A stretch of 32,000 nt of DNA from Haloquadratum walsbyi C23 (GTDB taxonomy: Archaea > Halobacteriota > Halobacteria > Halobacteriales > Haloferacaceae): the NCBI RefSeq assembly GCF_000237865.1, contig NC_017459.1:1860001-1892000 (forward strand), given 5' to 3'. Positions 1 to 8,952 of this stretch are shown piece by piece; within the stretch, counting starts at the first letter, position 1, and every line of letters starts with the position of its first letter. The notes beneath the pieces were generated by a model. The model made no database searches, was not told the origin of the DNA, and was given only the letters and a program-made list of their open reading frames with translations. Made by a program: the position numbers and the translations under genes.

Positions 1-1555
1 GTCCATCAAGAGTCGGATCCGATCGGAGATACTGAAATGGATGTGCCTGCCAATCGCCGTATGTATCTGGAGTAAAGACTACAGCGTTATTGAATGAATG
101 TTCCTTAATTGGTTCATATGTTGCTGCAAGGGACTCACTCCGTTCACCATTTGCTTCGATTGGATCCATCAAAACAGACTCTCCGGTGACTCCAATAATA
201 GGCGCAGTCATAATGAGTATAATACCGATCACAATGCGTGCCCGCTGCCTGGTCGTAAATATCGTGAGCACTGTGATGAGACGACGAAATAGCGTGACAA
301 ATCCAGCAGCAGCAAAGATTGCGATTGGAATGAGAATATCAAAATGATAAAAGGGTCCTAAAAGATCGATGAGACCGTTCTGTAATCCATTATATGTCCC
401 CCAAAAGTACGCTTCACCGATAACGACAGTCGGAATGATTGATATCAAGAGCAGCGAGATAGTCGAGCTGGGAAGTGATGACTTGTCGGGATCTGATGAC
501 CCAATGATAATATCATATATGACAACGCTACCACCGAGGATACTAAATCCGGTCCCAATGATTCCTGCAGCGATCCACTCGGTAGCAAGTGATTGAAGAA
601 TGATTATTGTTGTTCTCAACGCTATTTCGGGCGTATATGTTGCCTCATATGAGAGCAACTCATGAGGACCAAACCCGAGCCCATCGGCTGGAGCAAAGGC
701 AGCATATGGAAAAGTGAGCGGGTCGCCTGTCACAATTGCATTGTACCATAACGCGACCGCAACGATGACACATCCAGCGATTGCTGTGAGAAATGCACGG
801 GTCACTGCAACGCGTGTTTGTTGATGTGACCATCCAAAATCTCGTAGGTGACGACCAACAGTAACCAGTGTATGGATGATAAATGGAAGAGCAAATAACA
901 GTGCTGTGTATGGTCGGGCGAAAAACGCTATACCGGTTGCAAAGCCAGTAGCAATAGCCCATCCCCAGGTGAGTAAGCGCTGGTCATGCGCACGAAACGA
1001 ATGAAGATACGCAAGCGCAAAAATGACATTGAGAAAAGTTGTCGGAGCATATGACAGGAATGTTGCTGAGGTGAGTAAAAACATCGGAGATCCTGCAAGG
1101 ACGACAATTGCACATACGCCAATAGTTCGATCAAACGCCCGTGCGGCAAGTAGATAGACACCACCTGCGGTCCCTGTTGCAATGAGTGCGAGTCCAACCG
1201 TCCAAGTCCCAAAACCAAGACGATACCCAACTGCAAAGAGAGCGGGAACGACAGGAGTGTACTTACTGTACAGTTGTGTTCCTACAGCGCTATCATCAAG
1301 AATAAAAAACCATGGGCGGACTGCCTCGGGTGGATATGGTGCCGGATCAATGAAGAACGCCCCATCAAGCAGTAATGCTGCCTGCGTGAGGTAAACTGCC
1401 TCGTCATCATTAATCGAATGATATGGGAATACGTCGATAGCAACGAGTGCAACAAGCAACCCAGTTCCAACAGCAAGTATCCCTGCAAGAAGCGTCCGAA
1501 TAGATATTGGAAGACGAGCACGGACCCGTGTCAATAAAGTATTATCAGAGCGCAT
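1..1555 (-). CDS. Polytopic membrane protein, probably a GT-C fold glycosyltransferase (PMT_2/ArnT-like). The C-terminal end runs off the left window edge.
   Basis: It is absent from the ORF track because it has no in-window stop. Reading the minus strand from the ATG (complement of 1553-1555) gave me an open frame all the way to position 1 (518+ codons: MRSDNTLLTRVRARLPISIRTLLAGILAVGTGLLVALVAIDVFPYHSINDDEAVYLTQAALLLDGAF ... YGDWQAHPFQYLRSDPTLDG). It has many hydrophobic helices, and an acidic DDE motif follows the first helix as in GT-C enzymes. The family call is tentative. Confidence 0.6.
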   Translation of the reverse strand, partial: MRSDNTLLTRVRARLPISIRTLLAGILAVGTGLLVALVAIDVFPYHSINDDEAVYLTQAALLLDGAFFIDPAPYPPEAVRPWFFILDDSAVGTQLYSKYTPVVPALFAVGYRLGFGTWTVGLALIATGTAGGVYLLAARAFDRTIGVCAIVVLAGSPMFLLTSATFLSYAPTTFLNVIFALAYLHSFRAHDQRLLTWGWAIATGFATGIAFFARPYTALLFALPFIIHTLVTVGRHLRDFGWSHQQTRVAVTRAFLTAIAGCVIVAVALWYNAIVTGDPLTFPYAAFAPADGLGFGPHELLSYEATYTPEIALRTTIIILQSLATEWIAAGIIGTGFSILGGSVVIYDIIIGSSDPDKSSLPSSTISLLLISIIPTVVIGEAYFWGTYNGLQNGLIDLLGPFYHFDILIPIAIFAAAGFVTLFRRLITVLTIFTTRQRARIVIGIILIMTAPIIGVTGESVLMDPIEANGERSESLAATYEPIKEHSFNNAVVFTPDTYGDWQAHPFQYLRSDPTLDG

Positions 1556-1611
1556 AAATTTATAAATAAAATGCATGCTGGACAGCGAACAGGGGTAAAA
1601 ATGAAAAATGC

Positions 1612-2973
1612 TCAGATACCGCGAGGGTATCGCTCATCCGTCTCATCCGGTCGCTGTTCGCGAGGGAACCATGCAAGTTCATGATCGGCATTAATTTCGA
1701 TATCAACGACGCCGCTTTCTGGAATATCCTCATCATGATTATGCATACACTGAACAGACTCACCAGTCTCAAGTTCAACTTCGTATAGGAACGTCGGACC
1801 GAGATACCGACGAGCAACAACCTCTCCACACCCATACTCGTTAATTTGTTTGTCAGCATGTTCATCAACTGTTGTCCCGGAAATCGGACTCGATGTGGTT
1901 TTGGTCGTATTCGTGAACTGAGTATGAGTACCGGCACCGTCAGCGGTCATATTTCCGTGGTCCGTAGTTTGTCTGTCATTCCTATCCGGATTGCTCCGAC
2001 AGACGCTCACATCATCTGGACGGACAAGAAGATCAATACGCGTTTGATTGTATTCTGATGCAAGTCCGTGAATCTGCTCGCGCGGCACCGTTCCAACCTC
2101 TGTCTGTACCACATCACCGGAGACATATCCCGGAATAAAGCTTGCATATCCAAGGAAGCTCGCGACGAATCGTGATTCTGGATGCTGGAACACTGCCTCT
2201 GGTCTACCAACCTGCTCAATATGGCCATCACTCATCACCGCGACACGATCAGAGATAGAAAGCGCCTCTTCTTGATCATGTGTCACCGAAATAGCTGTGA
2301 CTCCTGCTTCTTTCAGGATTCGACGTACTTCTTCTCGCATGGCAACTCGTAAGTCTACGTCAAGGTTTGAGAATGGCTCATCAAGTAATAAAATATCGGG
2401 TTCAGGAGCGAGCGAACGAGCGAGTGCAACGCGCTGCTGTTGACCACCTGAGAGTTCATCAGGATAACTTTCACTTTGGTCTGGAAGATCAACTAATTCA
2501 AGTAATTCATCAACACGATGATCAGTTTCAGCTGAAGAGTGGTCTGTCAATCCGAAAGCAACGTTTTCGCGTGCGGTGAGGTGTGGAAAGAGTGCGAACT
2601 CCTGAAACACAACCCCGACACCGCGTTGCTCTGGCGGAACAAATGAAGATCCAGTTACATTTTTGCCGTTGAGACGCACTGTACCACCATCTACAGCTTC
2701 AAGTCCGGCAATCAGTCTCAGCGTGGTTGTTTTTCCACACCCAGAGGGTCCTAAGAGAGTCAGAATCTCACCAGAATTCACCGATAATGAGAGGTGATCA
2801 ACTACAGTCTCCGTCCCGTAATGTTTCTGTAAATCACACAATTCGAGAACCTCATCTGTGTGATTATTCTCATCACTTACAGGTGATCGGCGCGTCTTCT
2901 GAGTTGTTTTTGAACTATTCATCTGTTCGTCTGAATGCGAGTTTGTGTGTGATTGTGCACTATTTGACATCAT
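1612..2973 (-). CDS. ABC transporter ATP-binding protein (FbpC/PotA-like, iron(III)/polyamine class) with a C-terminal TOBE-like domain
   Basis: It has Walker A GPSGCGKTT, signature LSGGQQQRVALARSL, Walker B LLLDEPFSNLD and H-loop VTHDQ. The track ORF starts at a TTG (2997). I prefer the ATGATG at 2973/2970, which overlaps the permease stop codon (TAG, complement of 2960-2962) by 11-14 nt and suggests translational coupling. Confidence 0.9.
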   Translation of the reverse strand: MMSNSAQSHTNSHSDEQMNSSKTTQKTRRSPVSDENNHTDEVLELCDLQKHYGTETVVDHLSLSVNSGEILTLLGPSGCGKTTTLRLIAGLEAVDGGTVRLNGKNVTGSSFVPPEQRGVGVVFQEFALFPHLTARENVAFGLTDHSSAETDHRVDELLELVDLPDQSESYPDELSGGQQQRVALARSLAPEPDILLLDEPFSNLDVDLRVAMREEVRRILKEAGVTAISVTHDQEEALSISDRVAVMSDGHIEQVGRPEAVFQHPESRFVASFLGYASFIPGYVSGDVVQTEVGTVPREQIHGLASEYNQTRIDLLVRPDDVSVCRSNPDRNDRQTTDHGNMTADGAGTHTQFTNTTKTTSSPISGTTVDEHADKQINEYGCGEVVARRYLGPTFLYEVELETGESVQCMHNHDEDIPESGVVDIEINADHELAWFPREQRPDETDERYPRGI

Positions 2974-4579
2974 ATCCCTCCTGTGTAAGGATGACAAGCA
3001 TTGAGATTCCTGATACCGCTAAGAGTACAAGCGCCGGAACAGCCGCCTGTCCAAAGTACCCAGATTTGTATGCTGCCCAAATGTGGGTCACAAGCGTCGT
3101 AAATCCCGCTGGTCGTAATAATAGTGTTGCTGGAAGTTCTTTCATTGTTGTCAGAAAGACCAGTGCTGCGCCACCGAGAAGTCCCGGCGCAACGAGTGGG
3201 AGCGTGACATATCGGAAGGCTCCGACAGATGACTGTCCAAGTGTTCGCGCAGCCTCAGGAAGCGACGGATCAACAGCGAGGAACGACGCTCGCAGTGACC
3301 CGACTGATTGTGGGAGAAATCGGACGACATATGCGAAAATAAGCAGATAAAGTGTTTGATAAATCGGGGCAGCATACGAAGTTCCAAAGTAAACAAGTGC
3401 CAATCCAATGACGACGCCTGGGACAGCATATCCAACGTATGTAAAACGCTCAAACGCTGATGGAAGAAATCCGTCATGACGGGCTGAAAGATATGCAACT
3501 GGGATACCACCGATAACAGCAACACCAGCAGTTGCGGTAGCGACCGTGATTGAATTACCGATGTATCTCCATTGAAATGCAAGCGATTCGCTTACTGTCG
3601 CTGAGGCTGTCCCAAGCCATGAAATAAGGATAATGACGGGAACGACAAGCGCGAGTGCAGAAACACCAGCTGGCAGTATCATTGCCGGAAGTCGCCAGCG
3701 CCCAAGAGAGACAATATCACGAGATCGACCGCCTACAGAGGTTCGTTCTTCACCGCGGATTCGTGATTCAAGCCAGAGTATAAAAAGTGTCACTGCAACT
3801 AATTGCAATGACAGCAGTGTCGCTGTGTCACGACCGAATGCCCCGAATTCAACATATATAACACGAGTAAATACATCATAACGCATAATCGAGGGCGTTC
3901 CAAAGTCTGAAAGCACATATAACGACGAAAGAAGCGCTCCAGCAGCGACTGCCGGTCGGATTTGTGGAATAGTAACACGGCGGAATGTTGCCCAACGTCC
4001 GTGATCCAGTGTTCGAGCGGCATCAACCAGTGTTGTATCCATTGATTTGAGCGATGCCCGTGTCGTAATATATACATATGGATACGTATATAAACTAAGA
4101 ACGAGCACCGTCCCGGCAAGTCCATATATTTCTGGTATTTGCTCAATCCCAATCGGAGAGAGGAGTCGTTGAAATCCACCACGAGGACCAAATGCTGACA
4201 CAAAAGCGAATGCACCAACATAACTTGGGATAACAAGTGGCAATGACACCGCAACAGTCCAAACACGACTAAAGAGAAGGTCTGTCCGAACAGTTAGATA
4301 TGCTAGTGGAACCCCCAAAAGAACACAGATCGACGTTGTTAAGATAACCAAAACGGCGCTATTAATGAGTATTTGGATCGTTGTTGGTCGTGTGATAAGC
4401 CCAATCGCATTCTTAATGCCAACATCACTGCCAGTTCGAAGAAGCCAAATAAACGGAATCACGGCTGCAGCAGCAACCGCACCCGCGGCAACAGTAAGTC
4501 CAAGAGGAAGTGATGACTCATCATCAGCAGCGTCAGGACCAGTGTTAGCGTCGGTATCAGTTTGATATTCGGTTGCCAT
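2960..4579 (-). CDS. ABC transporter permease with duplicated transmembrane domain (FbpB-like iron(III) permease type)
   Basis: The 539-aa ORF is highly hydrophobic and has two repeated binding-protein-dependent permease halves (about 12 TM helices). It has an ATG start and lies between the SBP and ATPase genes on the same strand. Confidence 0.88.
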   Translation of the reverse strand: MATEYQTDTDANTGPDAADDESSLPLGLTVAAGAVAAAAVIPFIWLLRTGSDVGIKNAIGLITRPTTIQILINSAVLVILTTSICVLLGVPLAYLTVRTDLLFSRVWTVAVSLPLVIPSYVGAFAFVSAFGPRGGFQRLLSPIGIEQIPEIYGLAGTVLVLSLYTYPYVYITTRASLKSMDTTLVDAARTLDHGRWATFRRVTIPQIRPAVAAGALLSSLYVLSDFGTPSIMRYDVFTRVIYVEFGAFGRDTATLLSLQLVAVTLFILWLESRIRGEERTSVGGRSRDIVSLGRWRLPAMILPAGVSALALVVPVIILISWLGTASATVSESLAFQWRYIGNSITVATATAGVAVIGGIPVAYLSARHDGFLPSAFERFTYVGYAVPGVVIGLALVYFGTSYAAPIYQTLYLLIFAYVVRFLPQSVGSLRASFLAVDPSLPEAARTLGQSSVGAFRYVTLPLVAPGLLGGAALVFLTTMKELPATLLLRPAGFTTLVTHIWAAYKSGYFGQAAVPALVLLAVSGISMLVILTQEGYDVK

Positions 4580-4676
4580 TTTATTCCTCAGACATGTCGG
4601 ACATTATATAATATATCTAGTCGTTCTTAGTGTCAGTGATTGAGCCCTGCTATTATATTGATGCAGCGATTCTTCA

Positions 4677-5882
4677 TCAGAGGACACCCGTTTCTCGAAG
4701 CAGCGTAATGGTTCTCTCAAGATTTGACAGTTCTGTTAGATTGATACTTTCCGGTGGATTCAACGAGTCAATTGACGGGAGTCGTCCAATCGGTTCAATC
4801 TCGGGAACAAGAGGATACTCAAATGTTTTCCGGGCGAAGTAATCTTGTGCTTCTGCAGAAAGGAGATGTCGGACGAAATTTGATGACAGAGTAGTATCAC
4901 TTGCGGTATCAAGCATACAAGCACCAGCGACATTGAATATTGCACCAGCATCATTCTGAGTAAATGTCGTTCGAAGCGGTGCATCAGTCGTTCGACGAGC
5001 AAGGACGCGTTGAATATAATAATGATTTGTGAAACCAACGGCTATTTCACCGTCAGCGACCGCCCGGGCAATCTGGAATTCATCAGCATACGATTGAGCG
5101 TTAAGCTCCTGCATACCACGAAGCCACTGTCGTGTATCAGATTCTCCTTCAAGAAGCCGCATCGCCGTAATAAATGCTTGAAATGATGAGTATGTTGGTG
5201 CCCAACCAAGTTGTCCATCAAACTCGGTTGTATCTGGGAATGACATGATATTCGTTGGAATTGACGATTCAGTGAGTATGTTTGTGTTGTATGGGATAGC
5301 CCGCGCACGCCCAGATGTGCCAACCCATGATCCATCTGGTGACTGAAATGCCTCAGGAACAAGTGATAATGTCTCATCTGCAAGTGACTGTGTCCGCTCA
5401 CGGGTTGCGAGTGCACCTAGTGATCCGGCATTCACCGAATAGAATACATCTCCTGGACTATTTTGTCCCTCGGTGATAATTTGATTAACAAGCTCACTCG
5501 CTGAATTATATAGTGGGCGAATAGTCAATTCAGGATATCGATCTTCAATGAAACTGAGTAGTTCCCCGACAAGTGCCTCACCACGACCTGAATACACTGT
5601 CAATTCGCCAGCGAGATCAGGCATCTCCGACATTGAAACACCATCAGAGATATCTCGCTCACCGAAAGGAGAACGCCCAGACCCAATTTGCTCACTATCT
5701 GATGTCCCCATAGGTGATGATACCTCAGCTTCTGTCGTCGTTCCTGTTTCATTATCGCCGGCACTACCACAACCGGCAGCAGACCCAATTCCGGCAACGG
5801 CTGCGGCCTGAAGAAAGCGTCTTCGTGTGCGAGAGTGTGTCCCAACGGTTGCTCGCTCGTCGGTCCGGCTGATATCTCCCAT
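4677..5882 (-). CDS. ABC transporter substrate-binding lipoprotein with Tat signal (FbpA/AfuA-like, probably Fe(III)-binding)
   Basis: The N-terminus (SRTRRRFLQAAAVAGIGSAAGC) carries a twin-arginine motif plus a lipobox Cys, followed by a Thr/Ser/Glu linker. The mature part resembles family-1 solute-binding proteins of iron(III) ABC importers (YSGRGEALV..., NSPGDVFYSVN). It is the first gene of the SBP-permease-ATPase operon. Confidence 0.85.
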   Translation of the reverse strand: MGDISRTDERATVGTHSRTRRRFLQAAAVAGIGSAAGCGSAGDNETGTTTEAEVSSPMGTSDSEQIGSGRSPFGERDISDGVSMSEMPDLAGELTVYSGRGEALVGELLSFIEDRYPELTIRPLYNSASELVNQIITEGQNSPGDVFYSVNAGSLGALATRERTQSLADETLSLVPEAFQSPDGSWVGTSGRARAIPYNTNILTESSIPTNIMSFPDTTEFDGQLGWAPTYSSFQAFITAMRLLEGESDTRQWLRGMQELNAQSYADEFQIARAVADGEIAVGFTNHYYIQRVLARRTTDAPLRTTFTQNDAGAIFNVAGACMLDTASDTTLSSNFVRHLLSAEAQDYFARKTFEYPLVPEIEPIGRLPSIDSLNPPESINLTELSNLERTITLLRETGVL

Positions 5883-5905
5883 GTCTGTTTTAGGTCCGCC
5901 TAAAT

Positions 5906-5915
5906 CTTATATACC
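5906..5915 (-). promoter_or_regulatory. TATA-box-like element upstream of the ABC operon, implying a leaderless or near-leaderless mRNA
   Basis: The minus strand reads GGTATATAAG, followed by about 23 nt and then the ATG of the SBP gene. That spacing is typical of haloarchaeal leaderless transcripts. This rests on a motif only. Confidence 0.3.
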
Positions 5916-6019
5916 TTGCGATTTCGTGGGCGGGAAGAGAGTCTCTTATTCAAAACGGCGACTATTGATATCAACTTGGGTAGGAATAAATCATTACAGT
6001 CATACCGTATGATGTGAAT

Positions 6020-7204
6020 TCACTCGCCCACTCGCGCAGTATCAGTATGTGGTGTGTGTTCAATTGGTGCTGTCGTCTCAGAGAGCTTCTCAAGACAACA
6101 AAGCCAGTCAAGCCAGTATTCACCGCAATGGTTCAGAAACGCACCATTTGTTAGTTGTTCGAAATCGCCCTCAGATAATGCAGTTGCCATCGCTGTTGCC
6201 GCTTCAGTCCATGTTGTTGCATCTGCACTAACGTCATCAATAATACTCCAGACGTGTTCATTGAGCTCAAGTCCAGGTGCCTCATTCATCAAATCATCGA
6301 ACGTTGAGCGGGCAGCTTTTTCATGGATGCAAAGTGGATATCCGCTGATCAACTCCTTCCCGAGGATATCCGCAGCACGCTTAAGAAAAATACCTGACCA
6401 AATATCATCGAACCGTCCGACGTCCCATTCATTATCGTCCATTGGGAGTTGATAGAATGCTGGAATCACCTCCCGTTCAAATGCCAGGTTCATCGAACAG
6501 ACCGTGAGGTACTGTCCTGGGGCTGCAATAAAGTCGCCATCAAAATGTGATTGTTTCGTTCGTGTCTGTGCCTGTCCATGAAGATCGCCATCCATGAGAA
6601 TTCGAACGGCATCAAGATCGGGGACATCTGTCCAGAGTCCCTGTGAGGCGACAACATCAGTTAGTTGATGTTGACCTGTCTCGATAGTTTCATTCATTGC
6701 TGAATATGGATACCCCCGTGGGTATAACCCATGATTATCAATGTCTTGATATAACACGTTTACCCACCGTTCGTCTGAGTGGACAGATTCAATGGCATCA
6801 GTTCGATCAAGATTGTGCAGATGTCGGGCAAAAAAGTCCCACTCTGAGTGCGGTCGGGTGTCATCGTCGATGAAGAACCCCTGTTTAAACTGTTCATTTG
6901 CCCATAGATAGAGAAGACCAAAGCTTGTTTGAGCATGTGATTTCGCTGGAATAAGATGTATATATTGACTTAGTCCATGGGCATCAAACCATGCCTCACG
7001 ACGAGTCTCATCATACACTGCCCCATCAACACCTGCTGTGTCAAGCATTTGTTTCATTCCACTCACATCACAGTCATCTTCAGTAACGAGAAGGACAAAT
7101 AGTCGGTCAAGATCAAATCCGTGACTTCGAGCATTCTCGAAATATGATTTCATTCGGTCGTACGTGCGGATAGTGGGAATAATGACGCAAATATCTGAGC
7201 GCAT
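6020..7204 (-). CDS. GT75-family protein (reversibly glycosylated polypeptide / UDP-arabinopyranose mutase-like glycosyltransferase)
   Basis: Several blocks match plant RGP/UAM proteins as I recall them. These are IIPTIR (plant IVIPTIRN), DxD FFIDDDTRP (plant TIDDDCF), SQGLWTDVPDLDA (plant SHGLWLNIPDYDA) and CSMNLAFEREVIPAFY...GRFDDIWSG (plant CGMNLAFDRELIGPAMY...GRYDDMWAG). The track start at 7213 is a TTG, and I chose the ATG at 7204. Confidence 0.8.
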   Translation of the reverse strand: MRSDICVIIPTIRTYDRMKSYFENARSHGFDLDRLFVLLVTEDDCDVSGMKQMLDTAGVDGAVYDETRREAWFDAHGLSQYIHLIPAKSHAQTSFGLLYLWANEQFKQGFFIDDDTRPHSEWDFFARHLHNLDRTDAIESVHSDERWVNVLYQDIDNHGLYPRGYPYSAMNETIETGQHQLTDVVASQGLWTDVPDLDAVRILMDGDLHGQAQTRTKQSHFDGDFIAAPGQYLTVCSMNLAFEREVIPAFYQLPMDDNEWDVGRFDDIWSGIFLKRAADILGKELISGYPLCIHEKAARSTFDDLMNEAPGLELNEHVWSIIDDVSADATTWTEAATAMATALSEGDFEQLTNGAFLNHCGEYWLDWLCCLEKLSETTAPIEHTPHTDTARVGE

Positions 7205-7352
7205 TATACTCAATTTTTAGGCAAGCCTAAAGTTACTGTCGAAACAGCACGTCAGGATAATCATCATGACAGACGCTGGCAAAATTTAGGGGTTTGAACG
7301 CAGGATAGTATACATCCAGCATTGTTTTGAGTCTCACTGTATTAGGATAGAT

Positions 7353-7775
7353 ATGCCTGAATATGACTCGGTATTGATATACGACGGTGAGTGTCCATAT
7401 TGTTCAATCGCCGCACGAGCACTCGAGCGGCTTGATGCAGTCGGTGCCATTTCATGGTATGATGAAACAGCACAGCAATTTCTCGAAGCACAGTTCGATG
7501 AAACACCATTTGCGATGTTTTTTGTTGACAATCGTTGTGATCAAGTGTATGCAGGACGAGCTGCTGCTGAGGAACTAGCTCAACGAGCAAGTATGCCAGA
7601 CATTGTAAGTCAGTTAGTGCGCAAGAATTATGATCAGATTGCAAGCCTTGTCGGAACTGCAACTGGACGGGGGCGTGATCCTGACGATTATCATGAAATA
7701 TACCCGCTGAAAAAGACGGCAGCTTCGGTGTTTAGTTCACTTGCTGCGTCCTCAACAACACAGGCATCCGCTTGA
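7353..7775 (+). CDS. DCC-family thiol-disulfide oxidoreductase (DUF393)
   Basis: The N-terminal motif LIYDGECPYCS carries a CxxC, and the size (140 aa) is typical of the DCC/DUF393 family. The start is an ATG. Confidence 0.8.
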   Translation: MPEYDSVLIYDGECPYCSIAARALERLDAVGAISWYDETAQQFLEAQFDETPFAMFFVDNRCDQVYAGRAAAEELAQRASMPDIVSQLVRKNYDQIASLVGTATGRGRDPDDYHEIYPLKKTAASVFSSLAASSTTQASA

Positions 7776-7913
7776 TATTCTTCACGCGCTGAAGATTCAG
7801 GCTTTTTTGTTGACTCTTCATGACTCCGACACCGGGTACTCTTCCAGATTAATCGAATTTTTATTATATCAAGATAATCGAAGAGGCGATAGATTGTCTC
7901 TTATTATATCAAT

Positions 7914-8420
7914 ATGAATCCAATTGTAATCAGTCCAGCAGCCATTGCAGCGGAGACTGACCCAATTGGAATTGGGGCAGGAACTGCTCCGCCAGGAAGT
8001 TACGTGCTATGTGTAAATTTGGACGCTCCGACATCAATGACCATTGGCGCTCATGGAACGGCAGTATTCCCTGCGGGTGGGTACGCGTACGTTGGAAGTG
8101 CTTTTGGATCAAATGGACTCGGGCGTGTTGACCGATATCGGCGTGTGGCTATGGGGATACATGATGTTACACACTGGCATATTGATTATCTCATCAGTCA
8201 TCAGAATGCATCACTTACAGCCATTGTCGTCGCCCCAGGGGCTGACATTGAATGTGCGATTGCCTCATCATTACTCAGTCGAATGAAGGAGCCGCCACTC
8301 GAAGGATTTGGCTCATCTGATTGTACCTGTACAACACATCTCTTTATTTCAGGCTCTGCCACGCACATATGCAATCAGTGCAGTACTGTCATTCAGGAGC
8401 TGAGCGCCTCCAGCAACTAA
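7914..8420 (+). CDS. DUF123 domain protein (GIY-YIG / Uri-superfamily nuclease-like)
   Basis: The motif block [23 protein letters not shown]...HWHIDYL is the hallmark of DUF123 GIY-YIG-like proteins. A C-terminal Cys cluster ([11 protein letters not shown]) follows. Confidence 0.75.
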   Translation: MNPIVISPAAIAAETDPIGIGAGTAPPGSYVLCVNLDAPTSMTIGAHGTAVFPAGGYAYVGSAFGSNGLGRVDRYRRVAMGIHDVTHWHIDYLISHQNASLTAIVVAPGADIECAIASSLLSRMKEPPLEGFGSSDCTCTTHLFISGSATHICNQCSTVIQELSASSN

Positions 8421-8427
8421 ACTACCT

Positions 8428-8566
8428 CACCCTTACTCGCTCACTCCGTTCATTCCTTGAGGTCGGGGGCTCCAGCTTGAAATGCTGAAGCCGGAAATTA
8501 CGGAGAATCGAGGAGAAAGCCTCGCGCTTCAGCGCGGGGAGGATGTCAATGCGCACAGCGGTGCGG
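8428..8566. repeat. GC-rich hairpin repeat cluster that looks like IS1341/TnpB 3'-end remnants in both orientations
   Basis: The minus strand at 8450-8473 reads GGAGCCCCCGACCTCAAGGAATGA (..GAPDLKE*), a typical haloarchaeal TnpB C-terminal ending. The plus strand has a hairpin CCTCGCGC-TTCA-GCGCGGGG (8520-8539) followed by AGGATGTCAA (8540-8549). The same hairpin-plus-AGGATGTCAA architecture recurs on the minus strand at 15281-15310. Confidence 0.4.
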
Positions 8567-8952
8567 AGAACTCACTATCCCCATGATGTTGTAATTATTT
8601 ATAAATATTCACGGCTAGCATGGATGTTAATAGAGGACACATATCATTGATCTAGGAGTATGCATTATCGAAATCATATGAGGATAAACTGATATTGGCG
8701 TGGACATCGTCGCGTCGGTTCGGGCAAATCCGTCGTCAACGATGATATGCCATGTGAGAAGACCTCATATGAACGCCGGTCGTCAGAGGCACCCCGGCGA
8801 TCATAAGTATGATTCGACTTCACTTATACTCATCCAATGATGCATTGGCTCACGATGTGAGCGATCTTTCAAGTGATGAGCAACATAATCATACAATGAA
8901 TCTATACACGTATTTGAGTATCAGCGCTTGATATCTCTTTAGCTGAATACAG

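Noticed and set aside
90-1521. Five short track ORFs lie in this region (90-347+, 369-596+, 660-962-, 928-1236-, 1282-1521-).
   Set aside because: All lie in alternative frames or on the antisense strand of the long open minus-strand frame 1-1555, which encodes a coherent polytopic membrane protein. Their sequences are Cys/Arg/His-rich and unlike haloarchaeal proteins.
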